This document shows, in pieces, positions 45,814 through 55,249 of a DNA stretch of 56,687 bases; position 1 is the first letter of the stretch; each line of letters begins with the position of its first letter. The notes beneath the pieces are model-generated. The model made no database searches. It was not told the DNA's origin and saw nothing but the letters and a program-made list of their open reading frames with translations. The DNA comes from Alphaproteobacteria bacterium (lineage in GTDB: Bacteria > Pseudomonadota > Alphaproteobacteria > SHWA01), in contig SHWA01000004.1 in assembly GCA_009693995.1 (NCBI GenBank), positions 1-56,687 of the forward strand, written 5' to 3'. The position numbers and the translations under genes are program-made.

Positions 45814-45854
45814 GCGGACTGATTTGTTCCATTATTCGGAACAGCCCGGTCCGC
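45814..45854. promoter_or_regulatory. Palindromic operator candidate upstream of sauS
   Basis: TGTTCC-N7-GGAACA nested inside GCGGAC...GTCCGC. Confidence 0.5.
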
Positions 45855-45967
45855 TTGGCAGGATTGCGCGCCAGGCGATATAACTTCCAAAAGGCTTGAC
45901 CGAGTCGCGCCGACCAGCGCGCGCGTCCGTCCGTGCCAGCGCCAGAATAAGCCCGGGAGCCGTAGCC

Positions 45968-47413
45968 ATGAGCCAGCAGAGCGCCGCTGCCCTGTCCCCG
46001 ACCGCGGCCAAGGTGGTGCCGAGCGAGATTGCCCTAGTCGCCGACATGATCCAGCGCGCGCGCCGGGCGATGGCGGTGCTCGCGGACGCCTCCCAGACGC
46101 GGGTGGACGAGGCGGTGACCGCGCTCGCCTGGTCGATCTACCGCGAGGACCATGCGCAGGAACTCGCCGAGCTCGCGGTCGCCGACACCGGTCTCGGCAA
46201 TGTCCCCGACAAGGTCCGCAAGAACCAGCGCAAGACCTTCGGCACGTTGCGCGACCTGCTGCGTGCCCGCACCGTCGGCGTGATCGAGGAACTGCCCGAG
46301 AAGGGCCTGGTCAAGTACGCCAAGCCGGTCGGTGTGGTCGGCGCAGTCTGCCCCTCGACCAACCCGGCGGCCACCACGGTGAACAAGGCGATGATGGCGC
46401 TCAAGGGCGCCAACGCGGTGGTGATTGCACCTTCCCCGGCCGGCTCGGGCACCACGCGGCGCACCTGCGATCTGATGCGTGCCGAGCTGAAGAAGATTGG
46501 CCTGCCCGAGGACCTGGTGCAGTGCCTGCCCGATCCCGTCACCAAGGAGATGACCCAGGCCCTGCTGGAGCTGTCGGATCTGGCTGTGGTGACCGGCAGC
46601 CAGGACAATGTGCGCCGCGCGTATCGCAGCGGCACCCCGGCCATCGGCGTCGGCGCCGGCAACGTGCCGGTGATCATCGACACTTCCGCCGATCTCGACC
46701 AGGCGGCGCGCCTGATCTGCCAATCCAAGACCTTCGACAACGCGACCTCGTGCAGCGCGGAGAACGCGCTGGTGATCGTCGATGCGGTCTACGACCGGGC
46801 GATAGCGGCGCTGCAGCGGGCCGGCGGATTCATGGCCAGCGCCGCCGAGAAGAAGCAGATCCAGGACGTGCTGTGGGCCGGCGGCAGGCTCAACCGGCAC
46901 GTGATCGCCAAGGACGCCGACGTGTTCGCCCGCGCCTGCGGCCTGCCGCAGGCGGCCCTCGCCTGCAAGTTCTTCATGGTCGAGGAAGGCGGAGTCGGCA
47001 AGGCCTATCCGTTCTCCGGCGAGAAGCTGTCACTCGCGCTTGCCGTCTACCGCGCCCGTGACATCGACGCCGCGATTCTGCGCGTGCAGGAAATCCTGAA
47101 CTACCAGGGCATGGGCCATTCCTGCGGCATCCACACCCGCGACCTCGCCACCCCGCGCCGGATCGCCGAGCGCCTGAACGTGGTCCGCGTCCTGGTCAAC
47201 CAGGCCCATTGCGTCGGCAACGGCGGCAGCTTCGACAACGGCCTCGGCTTCACCCTCACCATGGGCTGCGGCACCTGGGCCAAGAACAGCATCTCCGAGA
47301 ACCTGAGCTACCAGCACTTCATCAACATCACCCACCTCTCGACCGTGATTCCTGAGGACCTGCCAAGCGAAGAAGCGCTCTTCGGCGCCCATTGGTCGCG
47401 CTACGGCCACTGA
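45968..47413 (+). CDS. sauS: Acylating sulfoacetaldehyde dehydrogenase
   Basis: KNQRKTFGTLRDL, PSTNP, GVGAGN, SKTFDNATSCSAEN, GNGGSFDNGL, MGCGTW. Confidence 0.85.
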   Translation: MSQQSAAALSPTAAKVVPSEIALVADMIQRARRAMAVLADASQTRVDEAVTALAWSIYREDHAQELAELAVADTGLGNVPDKVRKNQRKTFGTLRDLLRARTVGVIEELPEKGLVKYAKPVGVVGAVCPSTNPAATTVNKAMMALKGANAVVIAPSPAGSGTTRRTCDLMRAELKKIGLPEDLVQCLPDPVTKEMTQALLELSDLAVVTGSQDNVRRAYRSGTPAIGVGAGNVPVIIDTSADLDQAARLICQSKTFDNATSCSAENALVIVDAVYDRAIAALQRAGGFMASAAEKKQIQDVLWAGGRLNRHVIAKDADVFARACGLPQAALACKFFMVEEGGVGKAYPFSGEKLSLALAVYRARDIDAAILRVQEILNYQGMGHSCGIHTRDLATPRRIAERLNVVRVLVNQAHCVGNGGSFDNGLGFTLTMGCGTWAKNSISENLSYQHFINITHLSTVIPEDLPSEEALFGAHWSRYGH

Positions 47414-47419
47414 CGCTCC

Positions 47420-48577
47420 ATGGACTTCGAGGAGCACGCGGCCAAGCCGCTGCTGGCGGCGGCCGGCATTCGCACCCCCAAGGGACGCCTGGCGCTGAGC
47501 GCGGCGGACGCCGCCCTGGCCGCCACGGAGCTGGGCGTGCGCGCGGTGGTGAAGGCGCAGGTCGCCACGGGCAAGCGCGGCAAGGCCGGCGGCATCAAGG
47601 TGGTGGCCTCCGCCACTGAGGCAACGGCGGCGGCGGAGCGCATCCTCGGCCTCGAGATCGGCGGCTATCCTGTCCAGCGCCTGCTGGTCGAGGAGGCCGC
47701 CGACATCGCGCGCGAGTTCTACGCGGCGGTGATGAACGACGCGACCTCGAAGGGACCCCTGCTTCTCTTTTCGACCGCCGGCGGCATGGACATCGAGGAG
47801 GTGTTTGCGACCCGCCCCGAGACCGTCCGCCGCCAGCCGATCGACATCCGCGCCGGCCTCGACGCCCGGGCCGCCGCCGACATTCTCGCCGGTCTCGATC
47901 TCGACGCCGGCCTCCGCACCCGGCTCGGCAAGATCCTCGCCGCGCTCTACCGCGTCTACCGCACGCGCGACGCCGAGCTGGTCGAGATCAACCCGCTCGC
48001 CCTGACGCGCTCGGGCGACCTGGTCGCCCTCGACTGCAAGTTCACTCTGGACGATGCCGCCAAGGGCCGCCAGGCGGACATCGCCAAGCTCGGCGCGCCG
48101 GCTCCGGCGACCGCGCTGGAGCAGCGCGGCCAGGAGCAGGGCCTCTACTTCATCGAGCTCGACGGCGACGTGGGCGTGCTGGCCAACGGCGCCGGCCTGA
48201 CCATGACCACCATGGACGCGGTGCGCCATTATGGTGGCCGCGCCGCCAACTTCCTCGAGATCGGCGGCCAATCCTACACCAAGGCGACGGCCGGCCTCGA
48301 CCTGGTGCTGGCGAACCCGAACGTGACGAGCCTGGTGATCAACTTCTGCGGCGCCTTCGCCCGTACCGACGTGATGGCGGAAGGCGTGGTGCAGGCGTGG
48401 AAAACCTTGCAGCCGACGCTGCCGGTGTTCTTTTCCATCCACGGCACCGGGGAGAAGGAGGCGATCGCCCTGGTGCGCCGCGAGCTCGGCTTCGAGCCCT
48501 ACGACGTCATGGACGACGCGGTGAAGGCCGCCGTTGCCGCCGCCAAGGGGGCCACCGCGCGAGGGTCCCGGCCATGA
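47420..48577 (+). CDS. Succinate-CoA ligase beta-like subunit (candidate ADP-forming sulfoacetate-CoA ligase)
   Basis: VVKAQV.TGKRGKAGGI, GGMDIEE, EINPL, NGAGLTMTTMD, ANFLEIGG; in operon with sauS. Confidence 0.88.
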   Translation: MDFEEHAAKPLLAAAGIRTPKGRLALSAADAALAATELGVRAVVKAQVATGKRGKAGGIKVVASATEATAAAERILGLEIGGYPVQRLLVEEAADIAREFYAAVMNDATSKGPLLLFSTAGGMDIEEVFATRPETVRRQPIDIRAGLDARAAADILAGLDLDAGLRTRLGKILAALYRVYRTRDAELVEINPLALTRSGDLVALDCKFTLDDAAKGRQADIAKLGAPAPATALEQRGQEQGLYFIELDGDVGVLANGAGLTMTTMDAVRHYGGRAANFLEIGGQSYTKATAGLDLVLANPNVTSLVINFCGAFARTDVMAEGVVQAWKTLQPTLPVFFSIHGTGEKEAIALVRRELGFEPYDVMDDAVKAAVAAAKGATARGSRP

Positions 48578-49455
48578 TCGTGCGCGGCCACGAGACTCTC
48601 CTCGTCCAGGGCATCACCGGCAAGCAGGGCACGTTCTGGACCGAGCGTATGCTCGAGTACGGCACCAAGGTGATCGGCGGCGTCAACCCGCAGAAGGCGG
48701 GCACCACCCATTGCGGCGTGCCGGTCTTCGCCTCGGCCCAGGCCGCCGCCAAGGCGACCCGGGTCGATGCGGCGGTGATGTTCGTGCCCCCCCTCGGCGC
48801 CAAGGAGGCGGCCTTGGACGCCATCGCGGCCGGCATCGGCAAGCTCTGCGTGCTGACCGAGCACATCCCGGCCCAGGACGTGATGGAGATCCTGGCCGTG
48901 GCCAAGGCCGCGGGAACCCGCATCCTCGGCCCCAACACCGCCGGCCAGGTGACCACGGGCGAATGCTTCGTCGGCATCATCCCGGCCTTCAACGACAACA
49001 TCTTCCGCAAGGGCCGGGTCGGCGTGGTGTCGCGCAGCGGCAGCCTCGGCACCCTGATCTGCCTGAACCTGGTGCAGGCCGGCTACGGCGAGAGCGTGTT
49101 CATCGGCATCGGCGGCGACCCCGTGCTCGGTACCACCATGCAGGAAGCCCTGATGGAGGTGGACGCCGACCTCAACTCGGACGCCGCGATCCTGGTGGGC
49201 GAGATCGGTGGCACCGCCGAGGAGGACGCCGCCGAGTACGCGAGCGGCATGACGAAGCCGGTAATCGCCTTCGTCGCCGGGGGCAGCGCGCCGCCCGGCA
49301 AGAAGATGGGCCATGCGGGGGCGATCGTCCTCGGCGACCGCGGCACCTACCGCTCGAAGCGGCGGGCGCTGGAGGCGGCCGGGGTGGTGGTCCTCGACAT
49401 GCCCTCCGAGCTCGGCGCCGCGCTCCAGGACAAGCTCGGCCCGCCCACCCCCTGA
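48574..49455 (+). CDS. Succinate-CoA ligase alpha-like subunit (candidate sulfoacetate-CoA ligase)
   Basis: [32 protein letters not shown] phospho-His; ATGA overlap with the beta subunit. Confidence 0.88.
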   Translation: MIVRGHETLLVQGITGKQGTFWTERMLEYGTKVIGGVNPQKAGTTHCGVPVFASAQAAAKATRVDAAVMFVPPLGAKEAALDAIAAGIGKLCVLTEHIPAQDVMEILAVAKAAGTRILGPNTAGQVTTGECFVGIIPAFNDNIFRKGRVGVVSRSGSLGTLICLNLVQAGYGESVFIGIGGDPVLGTTMQEALMEVDADLNSDAAILVGEIGGTAEEDAAEYASGMTKPVIAFVAGGSAPPGKKMGHAGAIVLGDRGTYRSKRRALEAAGVVVLDMPSELGAALQDKLGPPTP

Positions 49456-49669
49456 GGCCGGTTCATCCGCGCCGACGCCCGTGGTCTGATCCCGGTGGCA
49501 ATCCGGGAGGGGGAGACGCGCTTCATGGCGGGCGGCAAGATCGGGTTCGGTCTGGGGCCGGGCGAGGCCGTCGGCGACGCAGGATGCTCAAGGCCTTGCA
49601 ATGCTGGCGAAGATAAACAAATAATCGTTGTGCAGTGACTTTCTGTTCATTTATCCCGCCCGAGCCCCC

Positions 49670-51205
49670 TTGACACCCGCCGACCCAGCGCCACCCTCGC
49701 CACCGTCTGTCCCCTGGCCCTTCCGCGGCCGCGGCCCCGAGCTTGCGATCCTGGCCGAGGCGCTCGCCGCCCCCGGCTTTGTCTGCCTGGGCATCGACGG
49801 GCGGGCGGGGGTCGGGCGGGCGGCTCTTCTAGCCGAAGCGCTCAGGCGCGCCGGGCGGCCGGCGCCGGTGGTGGTGGCGCAGGGCGACGGCGACGAGGCA
49901 GGGGTGCGCTTCGCGTTTGCCGCCGCGCTCGCCGCCGATCTGGCCCTGCCCGAGCGCGCGCTCCGCGCGGGCCTGCGCACCCCCGCCGACCTGGCGCTGC
50001 GCCTGGTGGAGGTGTTGGCGCGCGGCCATATGGTGGTGCTCGACGGCGCCGAGGCGCTGGCGCGCAAGGCGCTGCACCCGGTCCTTGCCGCGCTCGATGC
50101 CGCCGTCCCCGACCTGGTGGCGGCCGGCGCCGGCGGCCTGGTGCTGATGGCGGCGCCGGCGGGGGCGCTGGCACCCCTGCTCGCGCGCCCCGCCGCGCGC
50201 CAACTGGCGCGGCAGTGCCGCCCGCTCACCCTCGGGCCGTGGGACGCGACGACCCTGGTCGCCCTGCTCAGGGATGCCGGCCTCACCGATCCGGGCCGCG
50301 GCCTCTTCCTCTGGAGCCTCTTGGGTGCCATCCCCGGTCTTTGGCGGCAGGCAGCCGCCGTCGGCGCCTTGGATACGCCGGGCGAGGGGCAGATCCTGCG
50401 CCGGCTGTTCCTGGACCCGGGCGCGCCCCTCGGCGTCGAGGGTGCGCTCCATGATCCGGCGCCCCGGGACCTGCGCGGCCGCTTCGCCGGCCTGCTCGCC
50501 TACCTGGCCGAGGCCGGCCCCGTCGACCATGGCGCGATCGTCCGAGCGCTGCTGCCGCAAGAGGCGGGGCGGCCGCAAGTCTCCGCCTATTTGCAGACCC
50601 TGATCGCCCTCGGCCTGGTCGAGCGCACCACGCCCTTCGGCGCCGCGGAGGGCAGCCGGCGCGCGCGCTATGGCCTGGCCGACAACTTCCAGGCCGCCTG
50701 GCTGGGCGGGATCGGCCGGTCCTTGCGCGCCGCCGCCTTCCGCCCGGTGCTCGAGGTCGAATCCGCGCTCCGCGAGCGTCTCAACAGCCACACCGCGCGG
50801 CGCCTGCCGCGTCTCCTGCGCGCCTTCGAGGCGGCGCGGGCCGCCGCTCTCGACCCCGGCCTCGGCGCCCCCGCCCCCTACTGGGAGCGGGCCGAGGGCG
50901 GCGGGATCGAGTTCGACGCGGTCTTGGCCGATTCCGGCGCGGGTCACCTGCGCCTGGTGCGGGCGGTGCGCTTCGAGGCGCGGTTAGGGCCCCCCTTTCG
51001 CGCCGCCTTCGCGGCGGCGGCGACGCGTTTTCTGGCTACGCCCGAGGGCCGCGCCCATGGGCGCGCCCGCATCACCCGAGTGGCGGCCGCCCCCGTGGTC
51101 TCCGCCGCCACCCGCGCGGCCTTGGCGGCGGAGGGTTTCGACTGTCTCGATTTCAACGATTATGCGACCATTCTCGGCGACACTCGGCCCGCGCTGTTCC
51201 GCTGA
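49670..51205 (+). CDS. Degenerate ATP-binding protein (archaeal-ATPase/DUF234-like: ATPase-wHTH-nuclease-like)
   Basis: FRGRGPEL, GRAGVGRA, VVLDGAE, YLQTLIALGLVER, RYGLADNF, YWER..IEFDAV; start uncertain (49628 or 49670). Confidence 0.7.
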   Translation: MTPADPAPPSPPSVPWPFRGRGPELAILAEALAAPGFVCLGIDGRAGVGRAALLAEALRRAGRPAPVVVAQGDGDEAGVRFAFAAALAADLALPERALRAGLRTPADLALRLVEVLARGHMVVLDGAEALARKALHPVLAALDAAVPDLVAAGAGGLVLMAAPAGALAPLLARPAARQLARQCRPLTLGPWDATTLVALLRDAGLTDPGRGLFLWSLLGAIPGLWRQAAAVGALDTPGEGQILRRLFLDPGAPLGVEGALHDPAPRDLRGRFAGLLAYLAEAGPVDHGAIVRALLPQEAGRPQVSAYLQTLIALGLVERTTPFGAAEGSRRARYGLADNFQAAWLGGIGRSLRAAAFRPVLEVESALRERLNSHTARRLPRLLRAFEAARAAALDPGLGAPAPYWERAEGGGIEFDAVLADSGAGHLRLVRAVRFEARLGPPFRAAFAAAATRFLATPEGRAHGRARITRVAAAPVVSAATRAALAAEGFDCLDFNDYATILGDTRPALFR

Positions 51206-51222
51206 CGGCCAAGGACCAAGCC

Positions 51223-52908
51223 ATGTCGCCCCTCCCCGCCCGCGCGGCCTCGACCGCCGCTTTCCTGCTGGACCGCTGCCACGCCGCGCTCGGCGACGCG
51301 GAGCGCTATTTGGCCGCCGCCAAGGCCGCCGTGGCCGCCCGGGTCGCCCCCGGCGGGCAACTGGACGGTGGGCGGCTGGAGGCCGAGCAGACCGCCGCCC
51401 ACGGCCTCGCCTGGGTCGCGACCTATGTCGAGGGCCTGCGCCAGATGCTGCGCTGGGCCGAGCGGCTGGCGGTCGCAGGCACGCTGGGTGAGTTGGAGTC
51501 CCTGCTGCTGGAGGCGGCCTACGGCGAATACCTGGCCCAGCTCGCCGGCGGCATCGCCATGAGCCAGGTGGAGGTGGTGCGGGGCACCGACCTCGGCGTC
51601 CCGGGCGAGGCCATGCACGGCCTCTATTCCCCGGCCTGCGTCGCCCTGGTGCGCGACGGCACCGCGGCACCCGCGCGCGCGCGCCTCGCCCAGTTGCTCG
51701 CCGCCGGGGCGGAGACCGGCTCCTTCGGCGCCCTTGGCTTCGAGGACGAGACCCTCGACCTGATGCGCGAGCAGTTTCGCCGCTTCGTGGCCGATCAGGT
51801 CAGCGACGTCGCCCATGGCTGGCACCTGCGCGACGAGCTGATCCCGATCGCCGTCATCGAGCAGATGGCGGCGCTCGGCGTGTTCGGCCTCACCATCCCG
51901 GAAGAGTGGGGCGGCCTCGGCCTGGGCAAGACCGCCATGTGTGTGGTGACGGAGGAGCTCTCGCGCGGCTATATCGGCGTCGGCTCGCTGGGGACGCGCT
52001 CCGAGATCGCGGGCGAGTTGATCCGCCTCGCCGGCACGCCGGCGCAGAAGGCGCGCTGGCTGCCGGGCATCGCCTCCGGCGCGGTGATCCCGACCGCCGT
52101 CTTCACCGAGCCCGGCACCGGCTCGGACCTGGCCTCGATCCGCACCCGCGCGGTCCGCGACGGCGAGGTCTGGCGCATCACCGGCAACAAGACCTGGATC
52201 ACCCACGCCGCCCGGGCCGATCTGATGACCCTGCTCGCGCGCACCGGCACGCCCGAGTCGGGCTACCGGGGCATCAGCATGTTCCTGGCCGAGAAGCCGC
52301 GCGGCACCGACGCCGATCCGTTCCCGGCGCCCGGCATGAGCGGCGGCGAAATCCGCGTCCTCGGCTACCGCGGCATGAAGGAGTACGAGATCGGCTTCGA
52401 CGGCTTCGCGGTGCCAGCGGCGAACCTCTTGGGCGAGGCCCCGGGCCAGGGCTTCAAGCAGTTGATGGAGACCTTCGAGTCGGCGCGCATCCAGACCGCG
52501 GCACGGGCCGTCGGCGTGGCCGAGGCCGCCTTCGAGCTGGGATTGAAATACGCCCGCGAGCGGGTGCAGTTCGGCAAGCCGCTGGACGCCTTCCCGAGGG
52601 TCCACGCCAAGCTCGCCTGGATGGCGGTCGAGACCATGGTGGCGCGCCAGCTCGCCTACTTCGCCGCGCGCGAGAAGGACGCCGGCCGGCGCTGCGACCT
52701 GGAAGCCGGCATGGCCAAGCTGCTCGCCGCCCGGGTCGCCTGGGCCAACGCCGATGCCGCGCTGCAGATCCACGGCGGCAACGGCTACGCCCTCGAATAC
52801 CCCATCAGCCGCGTGCTGTGCGACGCGCGCATCCTCAACATCTTCGAAGGCACGGCGGAAATCCAGGCCCAGGTGATAGCGAGGCGGCTGTTGACGGACA
52901 AGAATTAG
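51223..52908 (+). CDS. mcd: Acyl-CoA dehydrogenase, (2S)-methylsuccinyl-CoA dehydrogenase type
   Basis: N-terminal extension EQTAAHGLAWVATYVE, FTEPGTGSDL, VLGYRGMKEY, ILNIFEG. Confidence 0.85.
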   Translation: MSPLPARAASTAAFLLDRCHAALGDAERYLAAAKAAVAARVAPGGQLDGGRLEAEQTAAHGLAWVATYVEGLRQMLRWAERLAVAGTLGELESLLLEAAYGEYLAQLAGGIAMSQVEVVRGTDLGVPGEAMHGLYSPACVALVRDGTAAPARARLAQLLAAGAETGSFGALGFEDETLDLMREQFRRFVADQVSDVAHGWHLRDELIPIAVIEQMAALGVFGLTIPEEWGGLGLGKTAMCVVTEELSRGYIGVGSLGTRSEIAGELIRLAGTPAQKARWLPGIASGAVIPTAVFTEPGTGSDLASIRTRAVRDGEVWRITGNKTWITHAARADLMTLLARTGTPESGYRGISMFLAEKPRGTDADPFPAPGMSGGEIRVLGYRGMKEYEIGFDGFAVPAANLLGEAPGQGFKQLMETFESARIQTAARAVGVAEAAFELGLKYARERVQFGKPLDAFPRVHAKLAWMAVETMVARQLAYFAAREKDAGRRCDLEAGMAKLLAARVAWANADAALQIHGGNGYALEYPISRVLCDARILNIFEGTAEIQAQVIARRLLTDKN

Positions 52909-53050
52909 CAAAGCCCTTCCTCCCCTGGGGGAGGAAGGGTTTGGGATGGAGGGGAGACCCGGCGCCCTCGCGCGCCCTCGCGCGAGCGCGCTTCGCGCGC
53001 TTGGGTCGCGCCCCATCCCAACCCTTCCCCGCCCGCGGGGAAGGGCTTTG
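52909..53050. repeat. Composite palindromic REP-like element (family C)
   Basis: Outer inverted repeat CAAAGCCCTTCC/GGAAGGGCTTTG; each arm has its own hairpin; GGGTTTGGGATGG/CCATCCCAACCC inner pair. Confidence 0.85.
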
Positions 53051-53068
53051 GAACTTTGGAGGCAATTC

Positions 53069-53755
53069 TTGAAAGAGTGCTCCAAGTCCATCCTGCGCCG
53101 GCTCGCCGACCCCAATTTCCTGAGCCGGTATTTCGTCGGCCGGGGCATCGACATCGGCGGCGCGCCGGACCCATTGCCGCTCTACCGGGAACTGTTCCCG
53201 CGCATGGGCGAGGTGCGGGTCTGGGACCAGGCCGACGGTAACGCCGAGACCTTGGCGGGCGTCGCCGACGAGAGCTTCGACTTCGTCCATTCCAGCCATT
53301 GCCTGGAGCACCTGGTGGACCCGGCGCAGGGCCTCGTGCACTGGTTCCGCGTGCTCAAGGCCGGCGGCCACCTGATCGTCACCGTGCCCGAGGAGGACCT
53401 CTACGAGCAGGGCGTATTCCCGTCCACCTACAACCGCGACCACCGTCACACCTTCACGCTCCGCAAGGAGCGCAGTTGGAGCCCGCGCTCGCGCAACCTG
53501 CTCGACCTGCTGCCGGGCCTGGGTGCGGCCGCCGACGTGCGCAAGGTGGAGGTGATCGACGCCGCCCATCGCTACGCCCTGCCGCGCTTCGACCAGACCC
53601 TCACGCCAGTGGCCGAATCGGCGATCGAGCTGGTGGTGAGGAAGCGCACGCCCCCGGAGCTCGCCGCCGGCGGGCGGCTGCCGGCGTCGGCGCGGGCGCT
53701 GAGTGCGCAGGAGATATGGCTGCTGACCGGCTTGCGCCCGCGCGGCGGCGGCTGA
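53069..53755 (+). CDS. Class I SAM-dependent methyltransferase (type 11)
   Basis: GIDIGG, FDFVHSSHCLEHL, RVLKAGG; TTG start after GGAGG. Confidence 0.85.
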   Translation: MKECSKSILRRLADPNFLSRYFVGRGIDIGGAPDPLPLYRELFPRMGEVRVWDQADGNAETLAGVADESFDFVHSSHCLEHLVDPAQGLVHWFRVLKAGGHLIVTVPEEDLYEQGVFPSTYNRDHRHTFTLRKERSWSPRSRNLLDLLPGLGAAADVRKVEVIDAAHRYALPRFDQTLTPVAESAIELVVRKRTPPELAAGGRLPASARALSAQEIWLLTGLRPRGGG

Positions 53756-53764
53756 GCGGCGCCG

Positions 53765-53864
53765 GTGCTGCCCGCCGAGACCGTCGCGGCGCTCGCCTTC
53801 GTCACCTCGATCACGCCGGGGCCGAATAATTTGATGCTGCTGGCCTCGGGCGTGAACTTCGAGC
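53765..53864 (+). pseudogene. LysE/RhtB exporter 5' remnant
   Basis: AFVTSITPGPNNLMLLASGVNF, then similarity stops at the family A repeat. Confidence 0.8.
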
Positions 53865-53963
53865 GAGATAAGGGGACACAATACTTAATTCCGGAGCTCG
53901 ATCGAGGCTCGGGCGCACCCCAAGGACACTCCATCGGAATTAAGTATTGTGTCCCCTTATCTC
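53865..53963. repeat. REPIN/MITE-like inverted repeat, family A copy 2
   Basis: Perfect 29-bp arms GAGATAAGGGGACACAATACTTAATTCCG / CGGAATTAAGTATTGTGTCCCCTTATCTC. Confidence 0.92.
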
Positions 53964-54644
53964 CTTAGGCTTGCCCCGTCTCCGCGGCGCCGGCGCCTCC
54001 CCCACCCCCTCCTTCGCCGGGTACCGGCAGAGATCCTGGATCAGGCAGCCGGCGCACTCTGGTTTGCGCGCCTTGCAGACATAGCGGCCGTGCAGGATCA
54101 GCCAGTGGTGGGCATGGCGGCGGTATTCGGCGGGGGTGCGCTTGATGAGGGCGTCCTCCACCGCGCGCGGGGTCTTGCCGGGGCCGAGGCCGGTCCGGTT
54201 GGCGACCCGGAAGAGATGGGTGTCGACCGCGATGGTCGGCTCGCCGAAGGCGGTATTCAGGACCACGTTCGCGGTCTTGCGCCCGACCCCGGGGAGGGCT
54301 TCCAGCGCTTCGCGGTCGCGCGGCACCTCGCCGCCATGGCGCTCGAGCAGCAGGCGGGAGAGGGCGATCACGTGCTTCGCCTTGGTGCGGTAGAGACCGA
54401 TGGTGCGGATGTAGGCGCCGAGCCGTTCCTCGCCCAGGGCGACCATGGCGGCGGGCGTCGGCGCCGCCTGGAACAGCGCCCCCGTCGCCTTGTTGACGCT
54501 GACGTCGGTCGCCTGGGCCGAGAGCACCACGGCCACCAGCAACGTATAGGGGCTGGCGTAGTCGAGCTCGGTGGTCGGCGCCGGGGAAGCCGCCTGCAAG
54601 CGGCGGAACACCTCGGCGACCTGGTCTGGCGGCAGTCTGGGCAT
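53940..54644 (-). CDS. nth: Endonuclease III
   Basis: LSAQATD, LPGVGRKTANV, VDTH, CKARKPECAGCLIQDLC. Confidence 0.96.
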   Translation of the reverse strand: MPRLPPDQVAEVFRRLQAASPAPTTELDYASPYTLLVAVVLSAQATDVSVNKATGALFQAAPTPAAMVALGEERLGAYIRTIGLYRTKAKHVIALSRLLLERHGGEVPRDREALEALPGVGRKTANVVLNTAFGEPTIAVDTHLFRVANRTGLGPGKTPRAVEDALIKRTPAEYRRHAHHWLILHGRYVCKARKPECAGCLIQDLCRYPAKEGVGEAPAPRRRGKPKEIRGHNT

Positions 54645-54715
54645 CGCGTCCTCCCGCCGCAACCTTAGCCGCCGCGGCCTTTGCCGGGGAAGGCGGTTGC
54701 GCCATAGTGGCGACC

Positions 54716-55249
54716 ATGGCCACGGGACCCGACAGGGCGGTCGCACCGGTTGCAGGCGCAGAGGTTGCGGGCGCAGAGGTGCTGTTCGAGGCGGAGCTCC
54801 GCCCCTACCGCTCGCTCGCGCCCAACGCCTTCATGTGGCTGATGGTCGCGCTCACGGTCCCCATCAGCGGCCTCGGTATCGCCTTCTACCTGATGGGCGC
54901 CTGGCCGGTGTTCGGCTTCCTTGGCCTCGATGTGGTGCTGATCTATCTCGCCTTCCGGGCGAGCTACCGCAGTGGGCGGCTGCGCGAAAAGCTCAGGCTC
55001 TCGGCACGCGACCTGGTGGTCCGGCGCATCAGCCCGTCGGGCGAGGTGCGGTCATTGACCTTCGCGCCGCCACAGTGGCTGCGGGTCACCCTGGCCGAGC
55101 CGGTCGAGAGCGACACGCCGCTCGAGCTCGCCTCCCACGGGCGGTACTTGCGCATCGGCGCCTTTCTTCCGCCCGGCGAGCGGCAGGCGGTGGCGGTGGC
55201 GCTGCAGGGGGCGCTCAGGCGCCTGCGCACGGCGCCGCATCAGGCCTGA
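54716..55249 (+). CDS. DUF2244 family membrane protein
   Basis: LRPYRSL, GAWPVFGFLGLDV, IGAFL...ER; divergent from nth. Confidence 0.85.
   Translation: MATGPDRAVAPVAGAEVAGAEVLFEAELRPYRSLAPNAFMWLMVALTVPISGLGIAFYLMGAWPVFGFLGLDVVLIYLAFRASYRSGRLREKLRLSARDLVVRRISPSGEVRSLTFAPPQWLRVTLAEPVESDTPLELASHGRYLRIGAFLPPGERQAVAVALQGALRRLRTAPHQA

Noticed and set aside
47420-49455. Calling these genes TCA-cycle sucC/sucD
   Set aside because: They are in an operon with sauS, have divergent motifs and lack the mdh/sucAB context.
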